From Escherichia coli (GTDB lineage Bacteria; Pseudomonadota; Gammaproteobacteria; Enterobacterales; Enterobacteriaceae): DNA of 64,000 bases. This document shows positions 25,043 to 37,817 of the stretch, in pieces. The stretch lies in assembly GCF_003018255.1 (NCBI RefSeq), contig NZ_CP027440.1; one strand, 5' to 3'. The position numbers and the translations under genes were made by a program. Within the stretch, counting starts at the first letter, position 1, and every line of letters begins with the position of its first letter. Under the pieces are notes generated by a model. The model did no database searches and was not told where the DNA came from. It saw only the letters and a program-made list of their open reading frames with translations.

Positions 25043-26275
25043 TTAGTACAGCAGACGGGCGCGAATGGTACCCGGAATAGCTTTCATTGCCTGCAGCGCT
25101 TTTTCGGCAACGTCTTCGTCGGCTTCAATATCAATAACTACATAACCCATCTGGGCGGAAGTTTGCAGATATTGCGCGGCGATGTTGACGCCCTGCTCGG
25201 CAAAAATTTTGTTGAGCGCAGTCAGCACACCCGGACGGTTTTCGTGGATGTGCATCAGACGACGACCACCGTGCAGTGGCAGCGAGACTTCCGGGAAGTT
25301 CACCGCAGAGAGCGTTGAACCATTATCAGAATACTTGATCAATTTACCCGCAACTTCCAGACCGATATTCTCCTGCGCTTCCTGAGTCGAACCACCAATG
25401 TGTGGCGTCAGAAGGACATTGTCGAATTCACACAGCGGAGAGGTAAATGGATCGCTATTGGTCGCCGGTTCCGTCGGGAATACGTCGATTGCCGCCCCTG
25501 CCAGATGTTTGCTCGCCAGCGCGTCACACAGCGCTGGAATATCCACCACAGTACCGCGCGAAGCATTAATCAGCAGCGAGCCGGGCTTCATTAGCGAAAT
25601 CTCTTTCGCGCCCATCATATTTTTGGTGGACGGATTCTCTGGTACATGCAGACTCACCACATCGCTCATATTCAGCAGGTCAGAAAGATGCTGTACCTGA
25701 GTGGCGTTGCCCAGCGGCAGTTTGTTTTCAATATCATAAAAGTAAACATACATTCCCAGCGATTCAGCCAGAATGCCCAATTGCGTACCAATATGACCGT
25801 AGCCGATGATACCCAGCTTTTTGCCGCGCGCTTCAAAAGAACCCGCCGCCAGTTTGTTCCACACGCCACGATGCGCTTTAGCATTGGCTTCCGGCACGCC
25901 GCGCAATAGCAGCAGCAGTTCGCCAATCACCAGCTCCGCAACAGAGCGCGTATTTGAGAACGGTGCGTTAAATACCGGGATCCCGCGTTTTGCCGCCGCA
26001 TCCAGATCAACCTGGTTTGTTCCGATACAGAAACAGCCAATAGCGACCAGTTTTTCTGCGGCGTTGATCACGTCTTCAGTCAGATGGGTACGGGATCGCA
26101 GGCCGATGAAGTGGGCATCGCGGATGGATTCTTTTAATTGTTCATCATCCAGCGCGCCTTTGTGAAATTCGATGTTGGTGTAACCCGCTGCACGAAGGCT
26201 TTCCAGCGCCTTTTGGTGCACGCCTTCTACCAGCAGAAACTTAATCTTGTCTTTCTCCAGCGATACCTTTGCCAT
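25043..26275 (-). CDS. serA: D-3-phosphoglycerate dehydrogenase (410 aa)
   Basis: ORF 25043-26275; 2-hydroxyacid dehydrogenase with C-terminal ACT domain. Confidence 0.95.
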   Translation of the reverse strand: MAKVSLEKDKIKFLLVEGVHQKALESLRAAGYTNIEFHKGALDDEQLKESIRDAHFIGLRSRTHLTEDVINAAEKLVAIGCFCIGTNQVDLDAAAKRGIPVFNAPFSNTRSVAELVIGELLLLLRGVPEANAKAHRGVWNKLAAGSFEARGKKLGIIGYGHIGTQLGILAESLGMYVYFYDIENKLPLGNATQVQHLSDLLNMSDVVSLHVPENPSTKNMMGAKEISLMKPGSLLINASRGTVVDIPALCDALASKHLAGAAIDVFPTEPATNSDPFTSPLCEFDNVLLTPHIGGSTQEAQENIGLEVAGKLIKYSDNGSTLSAVNFPEVSLPLHGGRRLMHIHENRPGVLTALNKIFAEQGVNIAAQYLQTSAQMGYVVIDIEADEDVAEKALQAMKAIPGTIRARLLY

Positions 26276-26530
26276 TTACCCAATCCTGTCTTTTGAAATG
26301 TTGTGTGCGGATTTGCATCCGCCTTTCAACATATCAAAAAATAATATTGCGGCAATATGAACGTTTGCGTCACGATATTGAGGAAATATCACGCAAAGGT
26401 ATTTCTTGGATGAATATGCTGGTTTAGAGGGTTTATTTAGAGCAATCGACAATAGCCAGGTAAAAACGTGACACATGTCACCAAATTTAATGAAGAGAAT
26501 TTTTTTAACGGGGGAGGTTCCCCCGTCAGA

Positions 26531-27190
26531 TCATTTCACAATGGTTTTGACACCGTCAGGTGTGCCAATCAGCGCAACGTCCGCGCCACGGTTAGCAAAC
26601 AAGCCAACAGTCACCACGCCAGGAATCGCATTTATGGCGTTTTCCATCGCTATCGGGTCAAGGATTTCCATGCCGTGGACGTCGAGGATCACGTTGCCGT
26701 TATCGGTCACCACGCCCTGACGGTATTCCGGACGACCGCCCAGTTTCACCAGCTGGCGCGCCACTGCACTACGTGCCATCGGGATAACTTCTACTGGCAG
26801 CGGGAATTTGCCCAGAATATCAACCTGCTTGGAGGCGTCGGCAATACAGATAAATTTTTCCGCAACCGAAGCAATGATTTTTTCACGGGTCAGCGCCGCG
26901 CCGCCGCCTTTGATCATTTGCATGTGGCCGTTGATTTCATCTGCGCCATCAACGTAGATGCCAAGGCTGTCGACTTCGTTGAGATCAAAAACGTGAATGC
27001 CGAGGCTTTTCAGTTTTTCAGTGGAAGCATCTGAACTGGAAACGGCCCCTTCAATCTGGCCTTTCATCGTGCCGAGCGCGTCAATAAAGTGTGCGGCGGT
27101 GGAACCTGTACCTACACCAACAATGGTGCCGGGCTGAACATACTGAAGTGCCGCCCATCCTACTGCTTTTTTCAATTCATCCTGCGTCAT
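26531..27190 (-). CDS. rpiA: Ribose-5-phosphate isomerase A (219 aa)
   Basis: ORF 26531-27262 trimmed to [15 protein letters not shown]... Confidence 0.9.
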
Positions 27191-27571
27191 GATCGTTTCG
27201 CCTGTGGTATGAAATTTCACACGCATTATATACAAAAAAAGCGATTCAGACCCCGTTGGCAAGCCGGGTGGTTAACTCATCCATAAAATATCGCGCAATG
27301 GCGGGCATCCCCTTTCGCCCCGCAAATAAAGCATACAACGGTCTGGGTATGCCGCTCCACGATGCGAACAGAGGCAATAACGCCACGCCATTCAACACAA
27401 CCAGGGCGCGAACTCGCTGAGCGAAATGCATTAGCGCAAATCCCTGATCTTTTAAGCTGCGCGTTAACCACTGATACAAATGTTACCCGCCAACGACTTC
27501 GGTATATGCAACCTGACACAAAATTGTGTCATAGTGCAGGAAAAAGCATTTACCAGGAGCAGACAACAGCA

Positions 27572-28465
27572 ATGAAACGCCCGGACTACAGAACATTACA
27601 GGCACTGGATGCGGTGATACGTGAACGAGGATTTGAGCGCGCGGCACAAAAGCTGTGCATTACACAATCAGCCGTCTCACAGCGCATTAAGCAACTGGAA
27701 AATATGTTCGGGCAGCCGCTGTTGGTGCGTACCGTACCACCGCGCCCGACAGAACAAGGGCAAAAACTGCTGGCACTGCTACGCCAGGTGGAGTTACTGG
27801 AAGAAGAGTGGCTGGGCGATGAACAAACCGGTTCAACTCCGCTGCTGCTTTCACTGGCGGTCAACGCTGACAGTCTGGCGACGTGGTTGCTTCCGGCGCT
27901 GGCTCCTGTGTTAGCTGATTCGCCTATCCGCCTCAACTTGCAGGTAGAAGATGAAACCCGCACTCAGGAACGTCTGCGCCGCGGCGAAGTGGTCGGCGCG
28001 GTGAGTATTCAACATCAGGCGCTGCCGAGTTGCCTTGTCGATAAGCTCGGTGCGCTCGACTATCTGTTCGTCAGCTCAAAACCGTTTGCCGAAAAATATT
28101 TCCCTAACGGCGTAACGCGTTCGGCATTATTGAAAGCACCTGTGGTCGCTTTTGACCATCTTGACGATATGCACCAGGCCTTTTTGCAGCAAAACTTCGA
28201 TCTGCCTCCTGGCAGCGTACCCTGCCATATCGTTAATTCTTCGGAAGCGTTCGTGCAACTTGCTCGTCAGGGCACCACCTGCTGTATGATCCCGCACCTG
28301 CAAATCGAGAAAGAGCTGGCCAGCGGTGAACTGATTGACTTAACGCCAGGGCTATTTCAACGACGGATGCTCTACTGGCACCGCTTTGCTCCTGAAAGCC
28401 GCATGATGCGTAAAGTCACTGATGCGTTGCTCGATTATGGTCACAAAGTCCTTCGTCAGGATTAA
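27572..28465 (+). CDS. argP: LysR-family transcriptional regulator ArgP/IciA (297 aa)
   Basis: ORF 27362-28465 trimmed to the ATG at 27572 ([15 protein letters not shown]...); N-terminal HTH. Confidence 0.85.
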
Positions 28466-28668
28466 TCCATCAAATAATGCCTGATAGCACATATCAGGCG
28501 TTATCCTCACTTCTTTTTGTATTCCTTGAATCACATCACAAAATAGACAAATCTCAGGCGGCAAAAAACGACGTCTGAATGCATTTTTTTTGCTGGCGAC
28601 AAACCCACGTAAAAAGCTCACCGTAAGCGCAAATACCCTCATTTTGATTGCGTTTTACGGAGCAAATA

Positions 28669-30813
28669 ATGTCTAAGGTGCAGGAGTGGCAACAGCTTGC
28701 CAACAAGGAATTGAGCCGTCGGGAGAAAACTGTCGACTCGCTGGTTCAGCAAACCGCGGAAGGGATCGCCATCAAGCCGCTGTATACCGAAGCCGATCTC
28801 GATAATCTGGAGGTGACAGGTACCCTTCCTGGTTTGCCTCCCTACGTTCGTGGCCCGCGTGCCACTATGTATACCGCCCAACCGTGGACCATCCGTCAGT
28901 ATGCTGGTTTTTCAACAGCAAAAGAGTCCAACGCTTTTTATCGCCGTAACCTGGCCGCCGGGCAAAAAGGTCTTTCCGTTGCGTTTGACCTTGCCACCCA
29001 CCGAGGCTACGACTCCGATAACCCACGCGTGGCGGGCGACGTCGGCAAAGCGGGCGTTGCTATCGACACCGTGGAAGATATGAAAGTCCTGTTCGACCAG
29101 ATCCCGCTGGATAAAATGTCGGTTTCGATGACCATGAATGGCGCAGTACTACCAGTACTGGCGTTTTATATTGTCGCCGCAGAAGAGCAAGGTGTTACAC
29201 CCGATAAACTGACCGGCACCATTCAAAACGATATCCTCAAAGAGTATCTTTGCCGCAACACCTATATTTACCCGCCAAAACCGTCAATGCGTATTATCGC
29301 AGACATCATCGCCTGGTGTTCCGGCAACATGCCGCGATTTAATACCATCAGTATCAGCGGTTACCACATGGGTGAAGCGGGTGCCAACTGCGTGCAGCAG
29401 GTAGCATTTACGCTCGCCGATGGGATTGAGTACATCAAAGCAGCAATCTCCGCCGGGCTGAAAATTGATGACTTCGCTCCTCGTCTGTCGTTCTTCTTCG
29501 GCATTGGCATGGATCTGTTTATGAACGTCGCCATGTTGCGTGCGGCACGTTATTTATGGAGCGAAGCGGTCAGTGGATTTGGCGCACAGGATCCGAAATC
29601 ACTGGCGCTGCGTACCCACTGCCAGACCTCAGGCTGGAGCCTGACTGAACAGGATCCGTATAACAACGTTATCCGCACCACCATTGAAGCACTGGCTGCA
29701 ACGCTGGGCGGTACTCAGTCACTGCATACCAACGCCTTTGATGAAGCGCTTGGTTTGCCTACCGATTTCTCAGCACGCATTGCCCGCAATACCCAGATCA
29801 TCATTCAGGAAGAATCAGAACTCTGCCGCACCGTCGATCCACTGGCCGGATCCTATTACATTGAGTCGCTGACCGATCAAATCGTCAAACAAGCCAGAGC
29901 TATTATCCAACAGATCGACGAAGCCGGTGGCATGGCGAAAGCGATCGAAGCAGGTCTGCCAAAACGAATGATCGAAGAGGCCTCAGCGCGCGAACAGTCG
30001 CTGATCGACCAGGGCAAGCGTGTCATCGTTGGTGTCAACAAGTACAAACTGGATCACGAAGACGAAACCGATGTACTTGAGATCGACAACGTGATGGTGC
30101 GTAACGAGCAAATTGCTTCGCTGGAACGCATTCGCGCCACCCGTGATGATGCCGCCGTAACCGCCGCGTTGAACGCCCTGACTCACGCCGCACAGCATAA
30201 CGAAAACCTGCTGGCTGCCGCTGTTAATGCTGCTCGCGTTCGCGCCACCCTGGGTGAAATTTCCGATGCGCTGGAAGCCGCTTTCGACCGTTATCTGGTG
30301 CCAAGCCAGTGTGTTACCGGCGTGATTGCGCAAAGCTATCATCAGTCTGAGAAATCGGCCGCCGAGTTCGATGCCATTGTTGCGCAAACGGAGCAGTTCC
30401 TTGCCGACAATGGTCGTCGCCCGCGCATTCTGATCGCCAAAATGGGCCAGGATGGGCACGATCGCGGCGCGAAAGTGATCGCCAGCGCCTATTCCGATCT
30501 CGGTTTCGACGTAGATTTAAGCCCGATGTTCTCTACACCTGAAGAGATCGCCCGCCTGGCCGTAGAAAACGACGTTCACGTAGTGGGCGCATCCTCACTG
30601 GCTGCCGGTCATAAAACGCTGATCCCGGAACTGGTCGAAGCGCTGAAAAAATGGGGACGCAAAGATATCTGCGTGGTCGCGGGTGGCGTCATTCCGCCGC
30701 AGGATTACGCCTTCCTGCAAGAGCGCGGCGTGGCGGCGATTTATGGTCCAGGTACACCTATGCTCGACAGCGTGCGCGACGTACTGAATCTGATAAGCCA
30801 GCATCATGATTAA
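28669..30813 (+). CDS. scpA: Methylmalonyl-CoA mutase, B12-dependent (714 aa)
   Basis: ORF 28648-30813 trimmed to [15 protein letters not shown]...; C-terminal B12-binding region. Confidence 0.9.
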   Translation: MSKVQEWQQLANKELSRREKTVDSLVQQTAEGIAIKPLYTEADLDNLEVTGTLPGLPPYVRGPRATMYTAQPWTIRQYAGFSTAKESNAFYRRNLAAGQKGLSVAFDLATHRGYDSDNPRVAGDVGKAGVAIDTVEDMKVLFDQIPLDKMSVSMTMNGAVLPVLAFYIVAAEEQGVTPDKLTGTIQNDILKEYLCRNTYIYPPKPSMRIIADIIAWCSGNMPRFNTISISGYHMGEAGANCVQQVAFTLADGIEYIKAAISAGLKIDDFAPRLSFFFGIGMDLFMNVAMLRAARYLWSEAVSGFGAQDPKSLALRTHCQTSGWSLTEQDPYNNVIRTTIEALAATLGGTQSLHTNAFDEALGLPTDFSARIARNTQIIIQEESELCRTVDPLAGSYYIESLTDQIVKQARAIIQQIDEAGGMAKAIEAGLPKRMIEEASAREQSLIDQGKRVIVGVNKYKLDHEDETDVLEIDNVMVRNEQIASLERIRATRDDAAVTAALNALTHAAQHNENLLAAAVNAARVRATLGEISDALEAAFDRYLVPSQCVTGVIAQSYHQSEKSAAEFDAIVAQTEQFLADNGRRPRILIAKMGQDGHDRGAKVIASAYSDLGFDVDLSPMFSTPEEIARLAVENDVHVVGASSLAAGHKTLIPELVEALKKWGRKDICVVAGGVIPPQDYAFLQERGVAAIYGPGTPMLDSVRDVLNLISQHHD

Positions 30814-31801
30814 TGAAGCCAAGCTAGCAGAAAGTATTCGCCGCTTACGTCAGGGTGAGCGTGCCACGCTCGCCCAGGCCATGACGTTGGTGGAAAGCCG
30901 TCACCCGCGTCATCAGGCGCTAAGTACACAGCTGCTTGACGCCATTATGCCGTTCTGTGGTAACGCCCTGCGACTGGGCGTTACCGGCACACCCGGCGCG
31001 GGGAAAAGTACCTTTCTTGAAGCCTTTGGCATGTTGTTGATTCGTGAGGGATTAAAGGTTGCGGTTATTGCGGTCGATCCCAGCAGCCCGGTCACTGGCG
31101 GTAGCATTCTCGGGGATAAAACCCGCATGAATGACCTTGCGCGTGCCGAGGCGGCGTTTATTCGCCCGGTACCCTCCTCCGGCCATCTGGGCGGTGCCAG
31201 TCAGCGAGCGCGGGAATTAATGCTGTTATGCGAAGCGGCGGGTTATGACGTAGTGATTGTCGAAACGGTTGGCGTCGGGCAGTCAGAAACGGAAGTCGCC
31301 CGCATGGTGGACTGTTTTATCTCGTTGCAAATTGCCGGTGGCGGCGATGACCTGCAGGGCATTAAAAAGGGGCTGATGGAAGTGGCAGATCTGATCGTTA
31401 TCAACAAAGACGATGGCGATAACCATACCAATGTCGCCATTGCCCGGCATATGTACGAGAGTGCCCTGCATATTCTGCGACGTAAATACGACGAATGGCA
31501 GCCACGGGTTCTGACTTGTAGCGCACTGGAAAAACGTGGAATCGATGAGATCTGGCACGCCATCATCGACTTCAAAACCGCGCTAACTGCCAGTGGTCGT
31601 TTGCAACAAGTGCGGCAACAACAATCGGTGGAATGGCTGCGTAAACAAACCGAAGAAGAAGTACTGAATCACCTGTTCGCGAATGAAGATTTCGATCGCT
31701 ATTACCACCAGACGCTTTTAGCGGTCAAAAACAATACGCTCTCACCGCGCACCGGCCTGCGGCAGCTCAGTGAATTTATCCAGACGCAATATTTTGATTA
31801 A
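30806..31801 (+). CDS. argK: MeaB-like G-protein chaperone for methylmalonyl-CoA mutase (331 aa)
   Basis: ORF 30806-31801; P-loop GTPGAGKST; start overlaps the scpA stop by 8 nt. Confidence 0.85.
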   Translation: MINEAKLAESIRRLRQGERATLAQAMTLVESRHPRHQALSTQLLDAIMPFCGNALRLGVTGTPGAGKSTFLEAFGMLLIREGLKVAVIAVDPSSPVTGGSILGDKTRMNDLARAEAAFIRPVPSSGHLGGASQRARELMLLCEAAGYDVVIVETVGVGQSETEVARMVDCFISLQIAGGGDDLQGIKKGLMEVADLIVINKDDGDNHTNVAIARHMYESALHILRRKYDEWQPRVLTCSALEKRGIDEIWHAIIDFKTALTASGRLQQVRQQQSVEWLRKQTEEEVLNHLFANEDFDRYYHQTLLAVKNNTLSPRTGLRQLSEFIQTQYFD

Positions 31802-31811
31802 AGGAATTTTT

Positions 31812-32597
31812 ATGTCTTATCAGTATGTGAACGTTGCCACTATCAACAAAGTGGCGGTCATTGAGTTTAACTATGGCCGAAAACTTAATGCCTTAAGTAA
31901 AGTCTTTATTGATGATCTTATGCAGGCGTTAAGCGATCTCAACCGGCCGGAAATTCGCTGTATCATTTTGCGCGCGCCGAGTGGATCCAAAGTCTTCTCC
32001 GCAGGTCACGATATTCACGAACTGCCGTCTGGCGGTCGCGATCCGCTCTCCTATGATGATCCATTGCGTCAAATCACCCGCATGATCCAAAAATTCCCGA
32101 AACCGATCATTTCGATGGTGGAAGGTAGTGTCTGGGGTGGCGCATTTGAAATGATCATGAGTTCCGATCTGATCATCGCCGCCAGTACCTCAACCTTCTC
32201 AATGACACCTGTAAACCTCGGCGTCCCGTATAACCTGGTCGGCATTCACAACCTGACCCGCGACGCGGGCTTCCACATTGTCAAAGAGCTGATTTTTACC
32301 GCTTCGCCAATCACCGCCCAGCGCGCACTGGCTGTCGGCATCCTCAACCATGTTGTGGAAGTGGAAGAACTGGAAGATTTCACCTTACAAATGGCGCACC
32401 ACATCTCTGAGAAAGCGCCGTTAGCCATTGCCGTTATCAAAGAAGAGCTGCGTGTACTGGGCGAAGCGCACACCATGAACTCCGATGAATTTGAACGTAT
32501 TCAGGGGATGCGCCGCGCGGTTTATGACAGCGAAGACTACCAGGAAGGGATGAACGCTTTCCTCGAAAAACGTAAACCTAATTTCGTTGGTCATTAA
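31812..32597 (+). CDS. scpB: Methylmalonyl-CoA decarboxylase, crotonase fold (261 aa)
   Basis: ORF 31770-32597 trimmed to MSYQYVNVATINKVAVIEFNY... Confidence 0.85.
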   Translation: MSYQYVNVATINKVAVIEFNYGRKLNALSKVFIDDLMQALSDLNRPEIRCIILRAPSGSKVFSAGHDIHELPSGGRDPLSYDDPLRQITRMIQKFPKPIISMVEGSVWGGAFEMIMSSDLIIAASTSTFSMTPVNLGVPYNLVGIHNLTRDAGFHIVKELIFTASPITAQRALAVGILNHVVEVEELEDFTLQMAHHISEKAPLAIAVIKEELRVLGEAHTMNSDEFERIQGMRRAVYDSEDYQEGMNAFLEKRKPNFVGH

Positions 32598-32620
32598 TCC
32601 CTGCGAACGAAGGAGTTAAA

Positions 32621-34099
32621 ATGGAAACTCAGTGGACAAGGATGACCGCCGATGAAGCGGCAGAAATTATCCAGCATAACGACATGGTGGCATTTAGCGG
32701 CTTTACCCCAGCGGGTTCGCCGAAAGCCTTACCCACCGCGATTGCCCGCAGAGCTAACGAACAGCATGAGGCCAAAAAGCCGTATCAAATTCGCCTGCTG
32801 ACGGGGGCGTCAATCAGCGCCGCCGCTGACGATGTACTTTCTGACGCCGATGCTGTTTCCTGGCGTGCGCCATATCAAACATCGTCCGGTTTACGTAAAA
32901 AGATCAATCAGGGCGCGGTGAGTTTCGTTGACCTGCATTTGAGCGAAGTGGCGCAAATGGTCAATTACGGTTTCTTCGGCGACATTGATGTTGCCGTCAT
33001 CGAAGCATCGGCACTGGCACCGGATGGTCGAGTCTGGTTAACCAGCGGGATCGGTAATGCGCCGACCTGGCTGCTGCGAGCGAAGAAAGTGATCATTGAA
33101 CTTAATCACTATCACGATCCGCGCGTTGCAGAACTGGCAGATATTGTGATTCCTGGCGCGCCACCGCGGCGCAATAGCGTGTCGATCTTCCATGCAATGG
33201 ATCGCGTCGGTACCCGCTATGTGCAAATCGATCCGAAAAAGATTGTCGCCGTCGTGGAAACCAACTTGCCTGACGCCGGTAATATGCTGGATAAGCAAAA
33301 TCCCATGTGCCAGCAGATTGCCGATAACGTGGTCACGTTCTTGTTGCAGGAAATGGCGCATGGGCGTATTCCGCCGGAATTTCTGCCGCTGCAAAGTGGC
33401 GTAGGCAACATCAATAATGCGGTAATGGCGCGTCTGGGGGAAAATCCGGAAATTCCTCCGTTTATGATGTATTCGGAAGTGCTACAGGAATCGGTGGTGC
33501 ATTTACTGGAAACGGGCAAAATCAGCGGGGCCAGCGCCTCCAGCCTGACTATCTCGGCCGATTCCCTGCGCAAGATTTACGACAATATGGATTACTTTGC
33601 CAGCCGCATTGTGTTGCGTCCGCAGGAGATTTCCAATAACCCGGAAATCATCCGTCGTCTGGGCGTCATCGCTCTGAACGTCGGCCTGGAGTTTGATATT
33701 TACGGGCATGCCAACTCAACGCACGTAGCCGGGGTCGATCTGATGAACGGCATCGGTGGCAGCGGTGATTTTGAACGCAACGCGTATCTGTCGATCTTTA
33801 TGGCCCCGTCGATTGCTAAAGAAGGCAAGATCTCAACCGTCGTGCCAATGTGCAGCCATGTTGATCACAGCGAACACAGCGTCAAAGTGATCATCACCGA
33901 ACAAGGCATCGCCGATCTGCGTGGTCTTTCCCCGCTTCAACGCGCCCGCACTATCATTGATAATTGTGCACATCCTATGTATCGGGATTATCTGCATCGC
34001 TATCTGGAAAATGCGCCCGGCGGACATATTCACCACGATCTTAGCCACGTCTTCGACTTACACCGTAATTTAATTGCAACCGGCTCGATGCTAGGTTAA
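32621..34099 (+). CDS. scpC: Propionyl-CoA:succinate CoA-transferase (492 aa)
   Basis: ORF 32621-34099; last gene of the sbm operon. Confidence 0.85.
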   Translation: METQWTRMTADEAAEIIQHNDMVAFSGFTPAGSPKALPTAIARRANEQHEAKKPYQIRLLTGASISAAADDVLSDADAVSWRAPYQTSSGLRKKINQGAVSFVDLHLSEVAQMVNYGFFGDIDVAVIEASALAPDGRVWLTSGIGNAPTWLLRAKKVIIELNHYHDPRVAELADIVIPGAPPRRNSVSIFHAMDRVGTRYVQIDPKKIVAVVETNLPDAGNMLDKQNPMCQQIADNVVTFLLQEMAHGRIPPEFLPLQSGVGNINNAVMARLGENPEIPPFMMYSEVLQESVVHLLETGKISGASASSLTISADSLRKIYDNMDYFASRIVLRPQEISNNPEIIRRLGVIALNVGLEFDIYGHANSTHVAGVDLMNGIGGSGDFERNAYLSIFMAPSIAKEGKISTVVPMCSHVDHSEHSVKVIITEQGIADLRGLSPLQRARTIIDNCAHPMYRDYLHRYLENAPGGHIHHDLSHVFDLHRNLIATGSMLG

Positions 34100-34992
34100 T
34101 GACTCGTCCCGTCACGATCTTCAGCAATATGCTGAAGCATCGTGGCGGTATAACGATGATTTCTGATTGAATAAAGATATTCCTGCATATACATCGGCCT
34201 GTGCGGCGCATCAAAATATTTCAGCGTTGCCGGATTCACCAGTCGCCAGGCAAAATGCGGGATCACCGTCAGAAAATGTCCGCGCTCCACGGCGCTGATT
34301 TTGGCCATAAAACTGTAGGGACGATAAATAATGGTTGGATTGATCCCACAAGGACGCATATTCGCATCAATCATTGCTTCGAAGTTAGCCCGGTTCTGAA
34401 AGCGCATTTGTAGCCAGGGTAGCTCCTGAAGCAACTCTTGCTCTTGTCGCTCTTCATAACGACGAGAAACGAGAAAGCCCAATCGCAGCGGCGGTAGTTC
34501 ACTGATAGTCAGGTTTTCCAGTTCCTGAACTCGTGCAGATACATGCTGTGGGGAGATAATAAAATCTAACTGACGGTCAAAAAGATTATCGATAACGCCA
34601 TTTTCGCTGAACTCAACTGGCTGGGCGGTCACGCCTTCATACTTATCTCCGAGACTAATCAACTGATCGAAAATAATTGTCGGATAAGTATTATCTATGC
34701 CAATCACAATTTCTCGTGAACGACGCCCTGAGTTATGGATTTCATTATCAATCGCAGAAAGCCGTTGATAAACCGGGAACAGTTTTTGATACAGTTCCTG
34801 TCCGGCTTTATTGAGGCTGATATTATTATCTTTGCGGGTAAATAGCGTATAGCCAATTTGTTCTTCCAGCGCGGCAATGCTTTTACCAAATGGCGAAGCT
34901 GTCATATGGATTTTTTCTGCCGCCCGGGCAATATTATTGGTTTGCGCTAATAAAATGAAATTGCGCATCTTTTTCGAAATAAAAATGTCCAT
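34096..34992 (-). CDS. ygfI: LysR-family transcriptional regulator (298 aa)
   Basis: ORF 34096-34992; N-terminal HTH; convergent with scpC, stop codons overlap. Confidence 0.75.
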   Translation of the reverse strand: MDIFISKKMRNFILLAQTNNIARAAEKIHMTASPFGKSIAALEEQIGYTLFTRKDNNISLNKAGQELYQKLFPVYQRLSAIDNEIHNSGRRSREIVIGIDNTYPTIIFDQLISLGDKYEGVTAQPVEFSENGVIDNLFDRQLDFIISPQHVSARVQELENLTISELPPLRLGFLVSRRYEERQEQELLQELPWLQMRFQNRANFEAMIDANMRPCGINPTIIYRPYSFMAKISAVERGHFLTVIPHFAWRLVNPATLKYFDAPHRPMYMQEYLYSIRNHRYTATMLQHIAEDRDGTSH

Positions 34993-35159
34993 ACCCCCTC
35001 CCCCGCATCCTTGTCCGCTTAACCGTTTCAGTCAGCCTATCCTTGATGAAACCGCGAGCAAAGATAGGTGATTACGTCATGGTTTTACAGAAAATTACAG
35101 AAAAAGGAGGCAATATCGGGTAAAGGCATTAGCCCGACGAATACGTCGGGCTACAAATA

Positions 35160-35900
35160 TTATTGTGCTGCAGGTGTTTTAGCGGGTTGTTGATCCACAG
35201 GTTCTAACTGGAAGACCACATCGACCTGATCATCAAACTGAATAGCGGCCTGCTCGTAAGTTTCCTGGGCGGACACCGGCGCGGCATCGGCTTTCATCAT
35301 CCGCACCATTGGGCTGGGCTGATAGTTGGAAACATGGTAGCGCACACTATATACCGGCCCCAGTTTACGATGAAAGCCGTTCGCCAGTTCCTGCGCCTGA
35401 TGAATCGCGTTATCAATCGCTGCCTTACGCGCTTTGTCTTTATAGGCATCCGGCTGCGCCACGCCCAGCGATACAGAACGAATTTCGTTAAGACCCGCCT
35501 TCAGCGCGCCATCCAGCAAGGAATTCAGTTTGTCTAACTGACGGAGCGTGACTTCCACCGTTCTCACAGCACGGTAGCCTTTCAGGATACTTTTACCATC
35601 CTGATAATCATAATCTGGCTGGGTGCGTAAGTTCGCTGAGCTGATATCTTTTTTCGCGATCTGATTGAGTTCAAGGAAGGAAATGTATTGTGCGACGCGC
35701 TCATCCGCCTGTTTCTTGGCAGTAGCGGCATCCTTCGCGGCCACGTTGACTTCAATCGCAAGAGTGGCAATGTCTGGCACCGCATCCACGCTTGCCGTAC
35801 CGGAGGTGACAATATGCGGTCCATCCGGCAATTCGTTAGCCTGCGCTGCCATCCCGCTAATACCCATTAATGCCGCCAGGGCGATAACTTTGAACTTCAC
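35160..35900 (-). CDS. yggE: SIMPL/DUF541 periplasmic protein YggE (246 aa)
   Basis: ORF 35160-35900; N-terminal signal peptide. Confidence 0.8.
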   Translation of the reverse strand: MKFKVIALAALMGISGMAAQANELPDGPHIVTSGTASVDAVPDIATLAIEVNVAAKDAATAKKQADERVAQYISFLELNQIAKKDISSANLRTQPDYDYQDGKSILKGYRAVRTVEVTLRQLDKLNSLLDGALKAGLNEIRSVSLGVAQPDAYKDKARKAAIDNAIHQAQELANGFHRKLGPVYSVRYHVSNYQPSPMVRMMKADAAPVSAQETYEQAAIQFDDQVDVVFQLEPVDQQPAKTPAAQ

Positions 35901-35992
35901 GTTAGTCTCTCCGTGTTAATTGACTTGCCTAAAATTCAGGACCTCTGGAGGCAAGCTTAGCGCCTCTGTTTTATTTTTCCATCAGATAGCGC

Positions 35993-36628
35993 CTAACTGA
36001 GCAAGGCTTGTGCATGAGCAATACCGTCTCTCGCCAGCTGCAAGGCAATAAACCACATAACACATCCCACTACCAGATTGATAATGCGCTGTGATTTTGC
36101 CGTGCGCAGGCGCGGTGCCAGCCAGGCTGCGAGAATAGCCAGACCAAAGAACCACAGGAAAGAGGCGCTAATTGTCCCGAGCGCAAACCAACGTTTTGGT
36201 TCCACATCAAGTTGCCCGCCAAGGCTGCCCAGTACAACAAAAGTATCCAGGTAAACATGCGGATTCAGCCAGGTCACTGCCAACATGGTGGCGATAATTT
36301 TCCATCTGCCTTGTTTCAGAACTTCGGCACTGGCTAACTCAATGTTACTGCTCATCGCTGTTTTAAAAGCGCCAAAACCATACCACAGCAAGAAGGCTAC
36401 GCCGCCCCAGGTGACCAGCGCCAGCAACCACGGCGACTGCATCAATAACGCGCTGCCACCAAAAATCCCGGCGCAAATCAGGACCAAATCGCTGATAGCA
36501 CAAAGTAAGGCAATCATAATGTGGTACTGACGACGAATGCCCTGATTCATCACAAAAGCATTTTGTGGGCCGAGCGGCAGAATCATAGCTGCCCCAAGAG
36601 CAAGACCTTGAAAGTAATAAGAAAACAC
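35993..36628 (-). CDS. argO: Arginine exporter, LysE family (211 aa)
   Basis: ORF 35993-36628; polytopic membrane protein. Confidence 0.85.
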   Translation of the reverse strand: MFSYYFQGLALGAAMILPLGPQNAFVMNQGIRRQYHIMIALLCAISDLVLICAGIFGGSALLMQSPWLLALVTWGGVAFLLWYGFGAFKTAMSSNIELASAEVLKQGRWKIIATMLAVTWLNPHVYLDTFVVLGSLGGQLDVEPKRWFALGTISASFLWFFGLAILAAWLAPRLRTAKSQRIINLVVGCVMWFIALQLARDGIAHAQALLS

Positions 36629-36766
36629 GTTGGATATTCCGAATTAAGTATCTGATGCAGAGACTATATCGCGGGATTGTTATTAGCGGAAATTGATAAT
36701 ATTAATTGGCAATCAGAAAAACTAATAAGAGAGAGGCCAGAGAGTATTATCTGGCCTCAGCGTTGA

Positions 36767-37627
<861 letters not shown>

Positions 37628-37770
37628 TCAATATTCCTTTTCAACTGACTCAAAATGGAGAAATACACTCCGCCGCCTTATGACGGGCAGTCTGACAAGG
37701 GTAAACAATAAAGCATAATTTTGCCAAATAGATCACAGATTTCTCATCTGCATCACCTTGCTTTTGGCGA

Positions 37771-37793
37771 AAAAAAGACCCGCAGAGCGGGCC
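37771..37793 (-). terminator. fbaA rho-independent terminator
   Basis: Short hairpin CCCGC-aga-GCGGG; on the - strand followed by TCTTTTTTT, about 25 nt after the fbaA stop. Confidence 0.5.
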
Positions 37794-37817
37794 TTGAGAT
37801 AAGCAGAAAGGAATGAC

